From Bdellovibrionales bacterium (GTDB taxonomy: Bacteria > Bdellovibrionota > Bdellovibrionia > Bdellovibrionales > JAGQZY01), in contig JAGQZY010000002.1 in the NCBI GenBank assembly GCA_020435205.1, forward strand, positions 22,059 through 86,058: a stretch of DNA of 64,000 bases, read 5' to 3'. Made by a program: the position numbers and the translations under genes. Positions 55,488 to 64,000 of the stretch are shown here, one piece after another. The notes under the pieces were generated by a model that was not told the DNA's origin, ran no database searches, and was given only the letters and a program-made list of their open reading frames with translations. Each line of letters begins with the position of its first letter. Positions within the stretch are counted from its first letter, which is position 1.

Positions 55488-56633
55488 TCAGTTCACAACC
55501 GTGATATCAAAGCTTTCTTTTTTCGGGATGCTTTGCTTGACGTTGGGATTGTCAATCTCGTTCTTCCCTAAAACTTCCATGGTTGTTGTTCCCTCTTTTT
55601 CCGGGGTCCACTTGATCCAGCAAGTGGCGCGGAAAGGACCAGGATCACAATAACAATCGGCAATGCCATCAAGGCGAGAGCAATCCGTGATCCACTGACC
55701 AGTCACTCTCCCTTCACTTTTTACATCCGCAATAGTGAAACTATAGGAGTTAAACTGACCTTTTTTAAACTCAATACTGTCTTGCTTAAAAAAGCGAGGA
55801 GCTTTGAGCTCAGTGATGACAGAAAATTCCGATTCGAAAGCTTCAGACTCAGCGCCATACTCTGAGTAAGCAATAAAGTTAGCAAAAAGGATCTTATCCG
55901 AGGGAGTCACCTCAGCCCCAATGAGGTTCAAAGTGACCGGGAAAGACCAGCGCCCTGGAACATTGGGATCTTGAAATCCTTCTTTCTGATATTGCAGATA
56001 AGGGGTGGCATTTTCTGAGCCCGAGGTGCGATTGACAACAGCGAGCACAGGGCTCCGACTGGAAACCGCATCGTCAACGATAACCTCAAACTGGTAGGCC
56101 TTTCCTTCTTTGTAAGGCCCCTTATCACCCTTGACTTCAAGGATGCTTGGACGTGCCGTATTCGCTCTAAGGACATTAATCGACGTACTTTTTCGGTACT
56201 CATGAGTGATGCCATCAAACTCTAAAAGAGCCACAATGGTTAAAGGTGTGCGAGTGATCAGGCGGCCGGCAAGAACATAACCTTTCGGCGGTGTCCAGTC
56301 GATTTCCATTTTTTGCTGATCAAAAACGGCACCAGGAAGCTTTTCTTGTAGACCCGGAATATCAAAACTAACAAGTTTATACTCAGGGTGAGTCAGGCGA
56401 TAGCCAGTTTTAATGACTCTTTTCTCATCTTCCTTAAAATCATAAAATTCATCGAGCTCAATAAAAATCGCTGTCTGAATCGGAGGAACGGCTTTGGGCT
56501 TACTCCCCTGCTTTACCGCATTTTTAATTTGGTCCGGATCGCCAGAAAAAGGATCTTGATCCCAGCCATTTTGGCAAGCTACCAAACTGAAAGTCGCCAT
56601 CAAAAGGATGATCTTCTTTAACATATCACTCAC
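55488..56633 (-). CDS. Lipoprotein with about three Ig-like beta-sandwich repeats
   Basis: 381 aa. Lipobox FSLVAC. Repeated beta-rich units ending in W-T-P-(P/E)-K-(G/E) (MEIDWTPPKGY and WIKWTPEKEG). Cys-rich last repeat. Confidence 0.6.
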   Translation of the reverse strand: MSDMLKKIILLMATFSLVACQNGWDQDPFSGDPDQIKNAVKQGSKPKAVPPIQTAIFIELDEFYDFKEDEKRVIKTGYRLTHPEYKLVSFDIPGLQEKLPGAVFDQQKMEIDWTPPKGYVLAGRLITRTPLTIVALLEFDGITHEYRKSTSINVLRANTARPSILEVKGDKGPYKEGKAYQFEVIVDDAVSSRSPVLAVVNRTSGSENATPYLQYQKEGFQDPNVPGRWSFPVTLNLIGAEVTPSDKILFANFIAYSEYGAESEAFESEFSVITELKAPRFFKQDSIEFKKGQFNSYSFTIADVKSEGRVTGQWITDCSRLDGIADCYCDPGPFRATCWIKWTPEKEGTTTMEVLGKNEIDNPNVKQSIPKKESFDITVVN

Positions 56634-56638
56634 TCCTC

Positions 56639-57790
56639 TTAACTATGTCCAGTTCTCTTCAACAAGAACGGATAAGAGACAGGAACTTCCTGTCGGTTTT
56701 CTGGAAGTGGAAACTTCCAGGTTCTCAAACGTCGCAAGATGCAATCTTCAACAGTTTGGTTATTTAATGATGTATTCTTTACGGCAGCGGTTTTTACGGA
56801 GCCATTAGCATCGATCACCCAGCGAACCGCAACTCGACCGGCCAAAGTGGAATCAAGTTGCAAACCCTGCTCGTAACAAAAGCGAATTTGTCCTAAGTTG
56901 CGGCGAACCACATCAGCGATCAAGTCTGAACTTAAACCGCCGTCCACAGTTGCCTCCGATGGGATTGGAATCAGGGAAGCCCCAGTTGAACCGATTAACG
57001 AGACAGAACCGAAACCGGCCTTACCGCCACCTTTACCAGAAGTGCCGTATCCGCCGCCACCTTTGATGTTGTGACCAGCGCCCAAGGGTGCTGCAACTAA
57101 ACCCTTGGCATAAATACTGGTTTGCACTCCGCCACTGCCTTTGCTACCGCCAAGGCCAGGACCCGCCGTCGCTTTCACAGCACCAAGATCCAAGCCACCC
57201 TTTTGCTTACCCTTGCTCAATTGGCCAAGAGCCGCCAAAGCACCCCGGCGCTTCCACCCTTGCTTTTTGGTTTGAGTCACCTTGGTTGGTTTTTGAGTAT
57301 TTGTGTTTAAACTCACAGAACGTCGTTGAACTGTTTTGGGAAGATTCAGCTTTTGCCTTACAACCTTCACAATTTCTTTCTTCTTTTCCTCTTTGATTTC
57401 TTCGGCAATCTCATGGGTCGGCGCAAATACATCAGTCATCAAATAACCGAAAAGAAGATAGAAGAAGATGGAAAACAAAATGGCTTTGCGTGCCCCTGAA
57501 AAATCGTACTCTTTGTGCTCTTGAGTCTTAGGCTCAAGGGCTTGGGCCTCAGAGACCGAAAGATAGCCGAAATCACCAACAGCCACCTTTTGTTGCTCTA
57601 AGCGGGCTGCAGGGATTTCCTCCAGGACTTCATAGGGAATCTGCTTTTTGTTAAACGGAGTGAGGGAGCTAACCACTTCCACGCGTTTAGTGTCTTTGCG
57701 AAAGAGTGTCCAAACCTTACCCGGTTGGGTCCACGGAAAAACGCGGACCACTTCTCCAGATTTATTGAGCAATACGAGATTTTTAGACAT
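56639..57790 (-). CDS. TonB-like energy-transducer with AgmX/PglI-type C-terminal domain
   Basis: I take the start at MSKNLVLLNK (ATG complement of 57788-57790, RBS GAGG). Cytoplasmic N-domain of about 130 aa, TM AILFSIFFYLLFGYLMTDVF, Lys-rich then Gly-rich spacer, and C-terminal IRFCYEQGLQLDSTLAGRVAVRWVIDANGSV...WKFPLPENRQEVPVSYPFLL. Confidence 0.7.
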   Translation of the reverse strand: MSKNLVLLNKSGEVVRVFPWTQPGKVWTLFRKDTKRVEVVSSLTPFNKKQIPYEVLEEIPAARLEQQKVAVGDFGYLSVSEAQALEPKTQEHKEYDFSGARKAILFSIFFYLLFGYLMTDVFAPTHEIAEEIKEEKKKEIVKVVRQKLNLPKTVQRRSVSLNTNTQKPTKVTQTKKQGWKRRGALAALGQLSKGKQKGGLDLGAVKATAGPGLGGSKGSGGVQTSIYAKGLVAAPLGAGHNIKGGGGYGTSGKGGGKAGFGSVSLIGSTGASLIPIPSEATVDGGLSSDLIADVVRRNLGQIRFCYEQGLQLDSTLAGRVAVRWVIDANGSVKTAAVKNTSLNNQTVEDCILRRLRTWKFPLPENRQEVPVSYPFLLKRTGHS

Positions 57791-57797
57791 AATAACC

Positions 57798-58058
57798 TCA
57801 GTTCCTTTTTGCCGATTTTTTAATTCGATCTTTAAAATCTTTGCGGACTTCAAGAAGGGCATCTAAAACCTTATCTTGCTCAACCGTGACGACCGCCTCA
57901 TCAGAAAAGTGATGCTTCCCTTGCACCAAAATTTCGTCAAAAGAAACCTCTTTACCCGTTCGCGCTTTTGGCTTGTTGGCAGCTGGCTTCTCCTTGGGAG
58001 CCGCAAAGGCACCCATTGCGAGAAAAATAGAAAACATGATCATATAGGATTTCATCAT
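57798..58058 (-). CDS. Small secreted protein (86 aa)
   Basis: Signal peptide MMKSYMIMFSIFLAMGAFA. ATGA overlap with the upstream TPR gene stop and 7 nt upstream of the next gene. Its position between the TPR and AgmX-like genes parallels gltF in Myxococcus. Confidence 0.5.
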   Translation of the reverse strand: MMKSYMIMFSIFLAMGAFAAPKEKPAANKPKARTGKEVSFDEILVQGKHHFSDEAVVTVEQDKVLDALLEVRKDFKDRIKKSAKRN

Positions 58059-60976
58059 TGAATACTCCCTTGCTCAAAGCCTTGGTCCACCATTTTCAAA
58101 CGACTATTTAAATAAATAACCATAGGTCGGTAACCCCTTTGGGTTTCTAGCTCAATCAAACGTTGCAAAGCACTCTTATCCAGAGGATTTCGCTTAACCT
58201 CTTGTCTTGCTGTTTCTAGCAAACCAAAAGATGGCATTTTTCTCTGCATGCGCTTGCGGTAAATAATATTAAACAGGTCTTTTTTCTCGACCACCGCGAT
58301 GTTGCGGATCTTTTCAATCTGTGGCCCGAGGATCGACTGCACTTCAATGGGACTCGAATGAAAGTCAGCATAAAGTTGATCAATAGCAGCCTCATTCTTC
58401 CAAAGTTCAGCCAATTTGAAACCAATCTGATCCGCTTTCTCTTTATAAGGAGCTGCTTGCTGGGTCAAAATAGACAAATACTCTTGTTGCTCCTCATCGC
58501 TCAAACCTTGTGGCATGGGAAGAGCCAATAAATCCTCATAAAATTTCGTGTATTGCTTTTGCAAATCAGTGAGGAACAAAGTTTGCGCTAACCAATCTTT
58601 GGTTTCTGTCGCCTTTTGAATGGTTTTCTCAAAAGCTGTGATGAGGGCCACACGTTTTTTAATAGAACCCGCTACTCGGCTGCTGCGACCGTCGAGTTTA
58701 TGGCTTTCTAGCTTAGCCACATCCTTAGCCCCCTGATCAAGAAGCAAACTGCGTGTGACCACAAACCCAACGGCCGTTTTGTCGAGATCGTAGCTCTTGA
58801 GGATTTTATTGAGCTCAGCCATGGACTTTTGGTTGCTATAGATTTCAAGGACCAAAGAGGCAAAGAGCGGCTTATCCTTTTGCAAATGCTGCACACAACC
58901 TTTGAGAGGTCCGTCGATCTTCTTCTTGTCTTTGATCAGCTTAACACAAATTGGTAGGGCCGTTTTGTCGTCGTTGGTTGAGCTAATGTACTTGATATAA
59001 TAATTATCTGACTTCTTTTCAGCCAAATCTGCTAAACGAGCAAGCTCTAGCCACTTACCCGTGTTCAACTCTTTGTAGCTATTTAAAGCTTGTGCAAAAT
59101 TCAATTGAACCTCGCTCACCCACACCTTGTTTTCAAGGGCAAACTGGCGATCTTCTTTGGAAAGAGCCTTAAAGCTGAGAAGCTTGTTAAGGGACTCATT
59201 CATCTCTGGGAACTTTTTAAGTTTGCGCGCCAAAATCACTCGGTTGCGGTGGAAGGTGATCTTTTCCTTCTCACTAGCACTTTTTTCGTCAAAGCGATTG
59301 AGAGTCACCCATGCTTGATCCAAGCCCTGGTCGGTTTCAGAAAGCTTAGCCGTTTGCGAAAGTACGGACTGGCTCGCGAGTCCTAGGAAACGAGTTCTTT
59401 GCTTAGGTAGAATTTGCGCAAACTCCCGGGCCCAAGACTCAATCTTTCCATCTTGCTTTAACAATACCAGGGTGTCCAAAGCCATCTCGGCGGATTGAAC
59501 TCGAAGCTTAGCTGGCGTGGATTTATCCGTCGCCAAAGTTTTGAATAGGCCCGAGGCCTCCTCATAGTTTTTATTTTCATAACTGGTTTGAGCCATTTGA
59601 TAGCGAATCTCAGAGGCCTTGGCTTGAGTTGGGCTCTCTTTGAGGTAAAGAAGTTGCGCTGTCTTCATCCACTCAGGGTTCTTCGCCAGTTCCGCCACTT
59701 CAATTTTGCGCAACAACAGAGTTTCTTTCTGATCTTTTTGAGTCACAGGGGTTTGTTTATAGGCCACGTCCAACCACTTGTTAGCCAGGTCGTAATCTTT
59801 AGCAGTGATGGCCGCTTGTGCCGCAAGCTCAAAAGCCTCTGTATCTTGGGGAGCCACCGCTAGATACTGCTCATAAGAGTGGATCAAAGCCTCAGAAGGT
59901 TGTTTCTTCTCAGCGCGGTTCCAGTCAAAAACCAAACGGCGCACCCGCTTTTTCAACTCTGTGCATTGTTCGGTTTTGCAAGACTCAAGGTTTTGCCAGT
60001 TTTGAAAAGCTCGACGCAAATAAGGTTCAACGGCACTGCGATTAGAAGATTTGAACGCCAAGCCGGCGAGATAAACCAAACCTTCCATGCGGACATCAGG
60101 CTTTGCCGTCTTAGCAACAACCATCTCCCAGGCCTCTTTGGCCGAATCGATACGACCTAAGCGCTCAAGCTCTTTTGCTAAGAAGGAAACGTTTTCAATT
60201 TTTGATTTTTCAGGGCTGTATTCATAGACTTTGCGAATCGCCTCCACATTCAACTGGCTGCCGTGAGCTACAAAGACCGTATAATCTTTGGCAACTTCTT
60301 CTTTGAAGTCTAAGTCTTCTGAAACCACATCTTCCCCACCACGGGTCAGAAGTTTTGGATCAGTTAGAATTTTTTCTAGGCCTTGTACCGCCTGTGCAAT
60401 TTGCCCGCTATTATACTGACACCAAGCAAGACGAAAACTGGCGAGGCCTCTGCGGTGAAAGGCTGAGTTTTTTAAGGCCTTCTGGTAATAGGGTAGAGCT
60501 TGAGAGTATTTGCGTTGTTTGAAATAAATCTCTCCTAAAGAGAATTGAGATTCAGCAATGTCTTTTTCACTGCCTCCAGCACCCACAACTTTTTGATAAA
60601 ATTGGATGGCTTCTTGGTTTTTACCAAGAACTTCATAAATATGACCCACTTGCACCATCACCGCTTGGCGTTGCTCTCCTTTTAGAGTGGGAAGCACGTA
60701 CCGATAGTACTCAAGGGCTTTTTTGCGATCTTTTTCACCGTTAGAGCACTGAATACATCCCTTTTCTAATTCTTCTTTAGCAACCAACCGGCCTTTTTCG
60801 GCGTGGAGGTCAGCAAGGCGTAAGGTCACTTTTGCTTTGGTGGGATCACCATCGGGAAGCTTTAAAAAGACATTGGTGAGTTTATCAATGAGCAATTGAT
60901 TCGTGCTTGCACTCAATTCTGCCTGGGCAATCCAAGAAAAACTGAGGATGATGAGAATATTTAATAACTGTTTCAT
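58055..60976 (-). CDS. Large periplasmic TPR-repeat protein (973 aa)
   Basis: Signal peptide MKQLLNILIILSFSWIAQA. Many TPR units (for example ALEYYRYVLPTLKGEQ, AIQFYQKVVGAG and ALPYYQKALKNSAF) across the whole length. Confidence 0.75.
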   Translation of the reverse strand: MKQLLNILIILSFSWIAQAELSASTNQLLIDKLTNVFLKLPDGDPTKAKVTLRLADLHAEKGRLVAKEELEKGCIQCSNGEKDRKKALEYYRYVLPTLKGEQRQAVMVQVGHIYEVLGKNQEAIQFYQKVVGAGGSEKDIAESQFSLGEIYFKQRKYSQALPYYQKALKNSAFHRRGLASFRLAWCQYNSGQIAQAVQGLEKILTDPKLLTRGGEDVVSEDLDFKEEVAKDYTVFVAHGSQLNVEAIRKVYEYSPEKSKIENVSFLAKELERLGRIDSAKEAWEMVVAKTAKPDVRMEGLVYLAGLAFKSSNRSAVEPYLRRAFQNWQNLESCKTEQCTELKKRVRRLVFDWNRAEKKQPSEALIHSYEQYLAVAPQDTEAFELAAQAAITAKDYDLANKWLDVAYKQTPVTQKDQKETLLLRKIEVAELAKNPEWMKTAQLLYLKESPTQAKASEIRYQMAQTSYENKNYEEASGLFKTLATDKSTPAKLRVQSAEMALDTLVLLKQDGKIESWAREFAQILPKQRTRFLGLASQSVLSQTAKLSETDQGLDQAWVTLNRFDEKSASEKEKITFHRNRVILARKLKKFPEMNESLNKLLSFKALSKEDRQFALENKVWVSEVQLNFAQALNSYKELNTGKWLELARLADLAEKKSDNYYIKYISSTNDDKTALPICVKLIKDKKKIDGPLKGCVQHLQKDKPLFASLVLEIYSNQKSMAELNKILKSYDLDKTAVGFVVTRSLLLDQGAKDVAKLESHKLDGRSSRVAGSIKKRVALITAFEKTIQKATETKDWLAQTLFLTDLQKQYTKFYEDLLALPMPQGLSDEEQQEYLSILTQQAAPYKEKADQIGFKLAELWKNEAAIDQLYADFHSSPIEVQSILGPQIEKIRNIAVVEKKDLFNIIYRKRMQRKMPSFGLLETARQEVKRNPLDKSALQRLIELETQRGYRPMVIYLNSRLKMVDQGFEQGSIQ

Positions 60977-60987
60977 ATTTCGTCCCG

Positions 60988-61470
60988 TTATTTGCGAATC
61001 ACTGCAAAGTTAATATCACTAAATCCAGCATGACCACCGGCCTGAATCACCTGACTTAATAGATCGTAGGTCTGTCGGCGATCCGCCTGGATCGTCATTG
61101 CTCCAGTAAATTCGGTTTCTGGGTAGTACTTTTCCCAATTCTTTTTGAGGTCGATCAGCTTACCCACAAGCTCATTGCCGTTAATTTCTTTTTCTTCTAG
61201 GAAAAGTTTATCCTTCTCCACCTTCACCACGACGTTGCGGGTGAGTTCAACAGCTTTTGCCGCCGGAGGAAGTTCCATGCCCTTGCTCAAATAGAGAAGG
61301 TCTCCAGCAGAAGAAAAGTTGACTAAAAGATAAATAACTAAAATGGAAAAAGCATCAACCAACGACGTCAACATCACGGTCGCAGCTAAATTCTTTTTGA
61401 AGCGACGACTGGATGTGAATCCTGTTCCCGCAGTTAATGCATGGCTGGCCGTTTTAATGGTTCCCAACAT
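60988..61470 (-). CDS. exbD: ExbD/TolR-family protein (second copy; AglQ/AglS-like)
   Basis: 160 aa. N-terminal basic segment, then TM TSLVDAFSILVIYLLV, then a periplasmic ExbD fold (IQADRRQTYDLLSQVIQAG). Confidence 0.8.
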   Translation of the reverse strand: MLGTIKTASHALTAGTGFTSSRRFKKNLAATVMLTSLVDAFSILVIYLLVNFSSAGDLLYLSKGMELPPAAKAVELTRNVVVKVEKDKLFLEEKEINGNELVGKLIDLKKNWEKYYPETEFTGAMTIQADRRQTYDLLSQVIQAGGHAGFSDINFAVIRK

Positions 61471-61536
61471 GACCCGTCTCCTTCCCTATGGAAGCCTAAA
61501 GCCTCCTAGGTTTTTCACTAACACCCCCCTGTGAAA

Positions 61537-62004
61537 TCAGAGAGGTGTTACCCCTAAATCTTCGATGCCTTCTTGTTTAAAAAGGTCCATCAATTGAATG
61601 ATATCCTCAAAGGGAGTCTTTTCCGCAGGTCGGATGAGAGCAATACTGATTTCAGAAAACTCTCCCTTGAGTTGGACGAGGTACTTAGCCATCTCTTCTA
61701 GATTTGGCTTACCCTCTGTCCCTTCGATTTTGCTACGGCCGTAGGTTTTCATGATTTTGGTAGGGCTATTGCGCAATTGTACAGATATCGCCCCTTCCTT
61801 CTCCATGACCACCCACATCTCTGGTTTTGGTTTGGATTCAGAAGCCGGTTGCCCACCAACCGCCTGCTTGACATCCATGGAACCAATTTGAATCCAGATG
61901 GTAGTGAGTAGCAAAAAACAAATGCAGACCGACAGCAGTGAGATGAAGGCAACTAAGTCCACCTCAACATTCATCGACGCTTTTTGCTTCTTCCCGTGGA
62001 ACAA
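61537..62004 (-). CDS. exbD: ExbD/TolR-family protein (first copy; AglQ/AglS-like)
   Basis: 155 aa. DLVAFISLLSVCICFLLLTTIW TM followed by a periplasmic domain (ALIRPAEKTPFEDIIQLMDLFKQEG). Confidence 0.8.
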   Translation of the reverse strand: MFHGKKQKASMNVEVDLVAFISLLSVCICFLLLTTIWIQIGSMDVKQAVGGQPASESKPKPEMWVVMEKEGAISVQLRNSPTKIMKTYGRSKIEGTEGKPNLEEMAKYLVQLKGEFSEISIALIRPAEKTPFEDIIQLMDLFKQEGIEDLGVTPL

Positions 62005-62013
62005 TGGAGCCCC

Positions 62014-62688
62014 CTACTGTTCGCCGCGAGAAGGACGAGTTTCCAATGGATTAAAGGAATAGCTCAACCAGTTGTAAGCTTTCAAAGCGGCCTGGTTAAG
62101 GTCTTCCGTTAAAACTTGAGCTCTATTTGTCAAAATCGCATAAACAAGAAGGGTTGGAATCGCAACGATAAGACCAAAAGCTGTGGTGTTCATCGCTTCC
62201 GAAATACCAGTAGAAAGCAAAGTGGCTTTTTCCATGGGGTTCGCCTGGCTGACTGCCGCAAAGGATTTGATCATACCAGTGATCGTTCCAAGAAGACCCG
62301 CAAGAGTCGCTACGTTGGCAATCATCGCTAAGAAACCCGTGCGCTTTTCAATAGCTTCATTTTCTTCCATAAGGACTTCGTCCATGCGACCTTGGATTTC
62401 ATCTTTACCACCCAAGTTCATAGCCGCTTCGGTTCCGGCAGCCACTGTGCGATCAATCGCAAAATCAGTTCCAGCAGTGCATGAACTGTAAACTGTTTTT
62501 AGATCACCTTGGCGAATGGACTTTTCAAAGTCGAGAACTCGACGTTTTTGCCCCGGCTTTCTCTTAATGTAGAGAGCCACCGCGCGCTCGATGACGATTG
62601 CAATAGCAATGATCTGTAAACCCAAAATGAACCACATCCAAATCCCACCGGATGTGAAAGCTTCGGAAAGTGAATTGAAAAAACCCAC
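62014..62688 (-). CDS. exbB: MotA/TolQ/ExbB-family proton-channel protein (AglR-like)
   Basis: I prefer the GTG start (complement of 62686-62688) preceded by AAGGGGGA, giving VGFFNSLSEAFTSGGIWMW. The track start at 62745 adds 19 non-hydrophobic codons. Three TMs and the conserved ATLAGLLGTITGMIKSF region. Confidence 0.8.
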   Translation of the reverse strand: MGFFNSLSEAFTSGGIWMWFILGLQIIAIAIVIERAVALYIKRKPGQKRRVLDFEKSIRQGDLKTVYSSCTAGTDFAIDRTVAAGTEAAMNLGGKDEIQGRMDEVLMEENEAIEKRTGFLAMIANVATLAGLLGTITGMIKSFAAVSQANPMEKATLLSTGISEAMNTTAFGLIVAIPTLLVYAILTNRAQVLTEDLNQAALKAYNWLSYSFNPLETRPSRGEQ

Positions 62689-62820
62689 GAGTCCCCCTTT
62701 AGTGTAGTGTTTGGAACAGAACAAATTTCCATTCCGGTATCGCAAGGTTCTCCCATGACTCGGTGAATACAGTCAAACTTGGGTCTAGGTGCAGTGCCTT
62801 ATTGTAAGTTTTTTTAAGTT

Positions 62821-63588
62821 TTAACGGATTGTGTCTATGTAAGAACGAAAGCCTATTTGCAGGTAAGGGTAGCTCCAATCGATTTTGCGCTGAGTGCCAT
62901 CCTCCAAAAGAGCATCACCACCCTGATTATGGCCACCAGCAAGGTTTTGCCCACCCTCTCCATATTTCCATTGGGCGCCTTGGGAGTAATGATATCCGGC
63001 AAAAAAGTGCATAGTTGTCGAACCAGAAAGATGGAATTCATAGCCAAAACCCGCGGTCGCAAAAGGCATTTCAGACCGATAAGATTCTGTCGCGGAGGTT
63101 TGGCCACCCACCAAGGCTTGGCCAGTTGCCGCGTAGCTGTATTGGTTCTCAATCTTAGCCCACTGGTAGCCACCACCAAGGCTCAAGAACCAATGAGCCG
63201 TAGGAGTGCCCGCAAGTTCAAACTCAAAAACAAAGGTTGGGCCGTACACCATAGCCGTGGTGTCCACCGTATAGAGAAGGTTTCCTGAACCATCACTGAT
63301 TCTGGCACCCGTGACGGCATCCATGGTCTGCACTAAAATGCCAGCGCCGATATTCATGATCCCACCACGAAAATAGACCCCAAACTCCCCTCCATATATA
63401 AGGTCAATAGCATCACCAGCATAAGTGCTCGCCTGCTGCCAGGAGTAGGGCTGGTTATTTATAGACGAATAACCCCCACGCCCAACCAGGTAGGGAGCCA
63501 AGTTTTCTTGGCCAAAGTTGAAAACACGGGCCTGGCTAGCCAAGCTAAAAAGGCAGAGGAAAGTCACCAAAATCACTCGAAAAATCAT
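62821..63588 (-). CDS. Outer-membrane beta-barrel protein
   Basis: 255 aa. Signal peptide MIFRVILVTFLCLFSLASQA. Gly/Tyr-rich alternating strands. Lies 132 nt upstream of exbB on the same strand. Confidence 0.6.
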   Translation of the reverse strand: MIFRVILVTFLCLFSLASQARVFNFGQENLAPYLVGRGGYSSINNQPYSWQQASTYAGDAIDLIYGGEFGVYFRGGIMNIGAGILVQTMDAVTGARISDGSGNLLYTVDTTAMVYGPTFVFEFELAGTPTAHWFLSLGGGYQWAKIENQYSYAATGQALVGGQTSATESYRSEMPFATAGFGYEFHLSGSTTMHFFAGYHYSQGAQWKYGEGGQNLAGGHNQGGDALLEDGTQRKIDWSYPYLQIGFRSYIDTIR

Positions 63589-63780
63589 CGCAATCCCCTT
63601 TGAAATATTTTCGTGAGTGCAAAACCATCTTACAGTTAAGTGAAGTTTTACTAAACCAAAAATTCAAAAAAAATGAGCTCAAACCCCCCTCATTTTCAGT
63701 ACGCAGGCGACTTTGCCATGGCACGCTTTTTGGAAAAGCAGATATTCGATTTGGTTTCGTTGAAGAAAAAGGAGAGGGAT

Positions 63781-64000
63781 ATGAATCGATCGTTAATGCT
63801 TGTTGCGAGTGCTTGTTGCGCTCTTTTATTAAACGCTTGTGGAGAAAGTAGCTCTAGTCAACCGAATGAGCCTTCACTCACCACACAATCACAGGATATC
63901 AATACTTACTGTGCGAATAACCCACAAGATTCGTCTTGTTCGGCTTATCGCAACCAAATGTCGCAACAGACAGGTCTTCAACCATTGGGTTTAAACTCCA
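63781..64000 (+). CDS. Lipoprotein, N-terminal part (runs off the right edge)
   Basis: Not in the ORF track because it is open-ended. ATG 63781 is preceded by AAAAGGAGAGGG. My translation is MNRSLMLVASACCALLLNACGESSSSQPNEPSL...YCANNPQDSSCSAY, with lipobox LLNAC. Confidence 0.55.
   Translation, partial: MNRSLMLVASACCALLLNACGESSSSQPNEPSLTTQSQDINTYCANNPQDSSCSAYRNQMSQQTGLQPLGLNS

Noticed and set aside
63600-63851. 83-aa plus-strand ORF at the right end
   Set aside because: It has no RBS or signal features. A different frame starting at ATG 63781, preceded by AAAAGGAGAGGG, encodes a textbook lipoprotein signal peptide (…ALLLNAC) and stays open to the window edge, so I call that frame instead.
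1-64000. CRISPR arrays, tRNA/rRNA genes, IS elements, integrases and prophage or defence-island hallmarks
   Set aside because: I looked through all intergenic gaps (the largest are 262, 199, 192 and 185 nt) and all ORF-track products. I found no repeat-spacer periodicity, no cloverleaf-sized conserved segment, and no transposase, recombinase, restriction or abortive-infection-like protein. AddAB here looks like the housekeeping recombination enzyme rather than a defence module.

Overview
Gene-dense chromosomal segment with about 57 protein-coding genes, roughly nine tenths coding, mostly on the minus strand, and mid GC by eye. I found no rRNA, tRNA, CRISPR array, transposase, integrase or long repeat. 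All homology calls are motif recognition by eye from the supplied translations; nothing was searched or computed. Housekeeping content, left to right: mgtE (partial); ugd-uxs (UDP-xylose branch); a nuoB-CD-E-F-G-I cluster holding only peripheral-arm subunits of complex I; an S8 subtilisin; a Nudix hydrolase; rsmI; cysE; yhaM; purH; a minimal mlaE-mlaF-mlaD operon with an unusually long MlaD; alr; nadB; addB-addA; rpsD; coaE; a Hanks-type Ser/Thr kinase with PEGA domains; an acyl-CoA ligase. The gene set points to a Bdellovibrio-like (Bdellovibrionota or deltaproteobacterial-type) organism, but this is inference only. The supporting features are the HRDxSPQN kinase loop, AddAB, fused NuoCD, many secreted hydrolases and lipoproteins, an AgmX-type TonB_C protein, and tightly packed overlapping genes. 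The best candidate for an undescribed system is a ten-gene, about 10.5 kb minus-strand operon (52208-62688). It combines an ExbB/TolQ-like channel, two ExbD/TolR-like proteins, a 973-aa TPR protein, an 86-aa secreted protein, an AgmX/PglI-type TonB_C protein, an Ig-like lipoprotein, a small beta-barrel, a helical periplasmic protein and a vWA/MIDAS lipoprotein, with no TonB-dependent receptor. It resembles the Myxococcus Agl-Glt gliding machinery, but its distal genes have no counterpart I can name. Other items worth a second look:
- Three paralogous FadL/PorV-like barrels interleaved with two 8-cysteine lipoproteins (41194-47167).
- A degenerate sensor plus pseudo-receiver and dead-GGDEF pair.
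- A long MlaD ending in an OMP-like beta domain.
- A secreted protein with a RelE/Gp49-like C-terminus.
- A small barrel-like gene broken by one in-frame TAA behind a possible leaderless promoter.
- Pervasive 3-prime overlaps of convergent genes.
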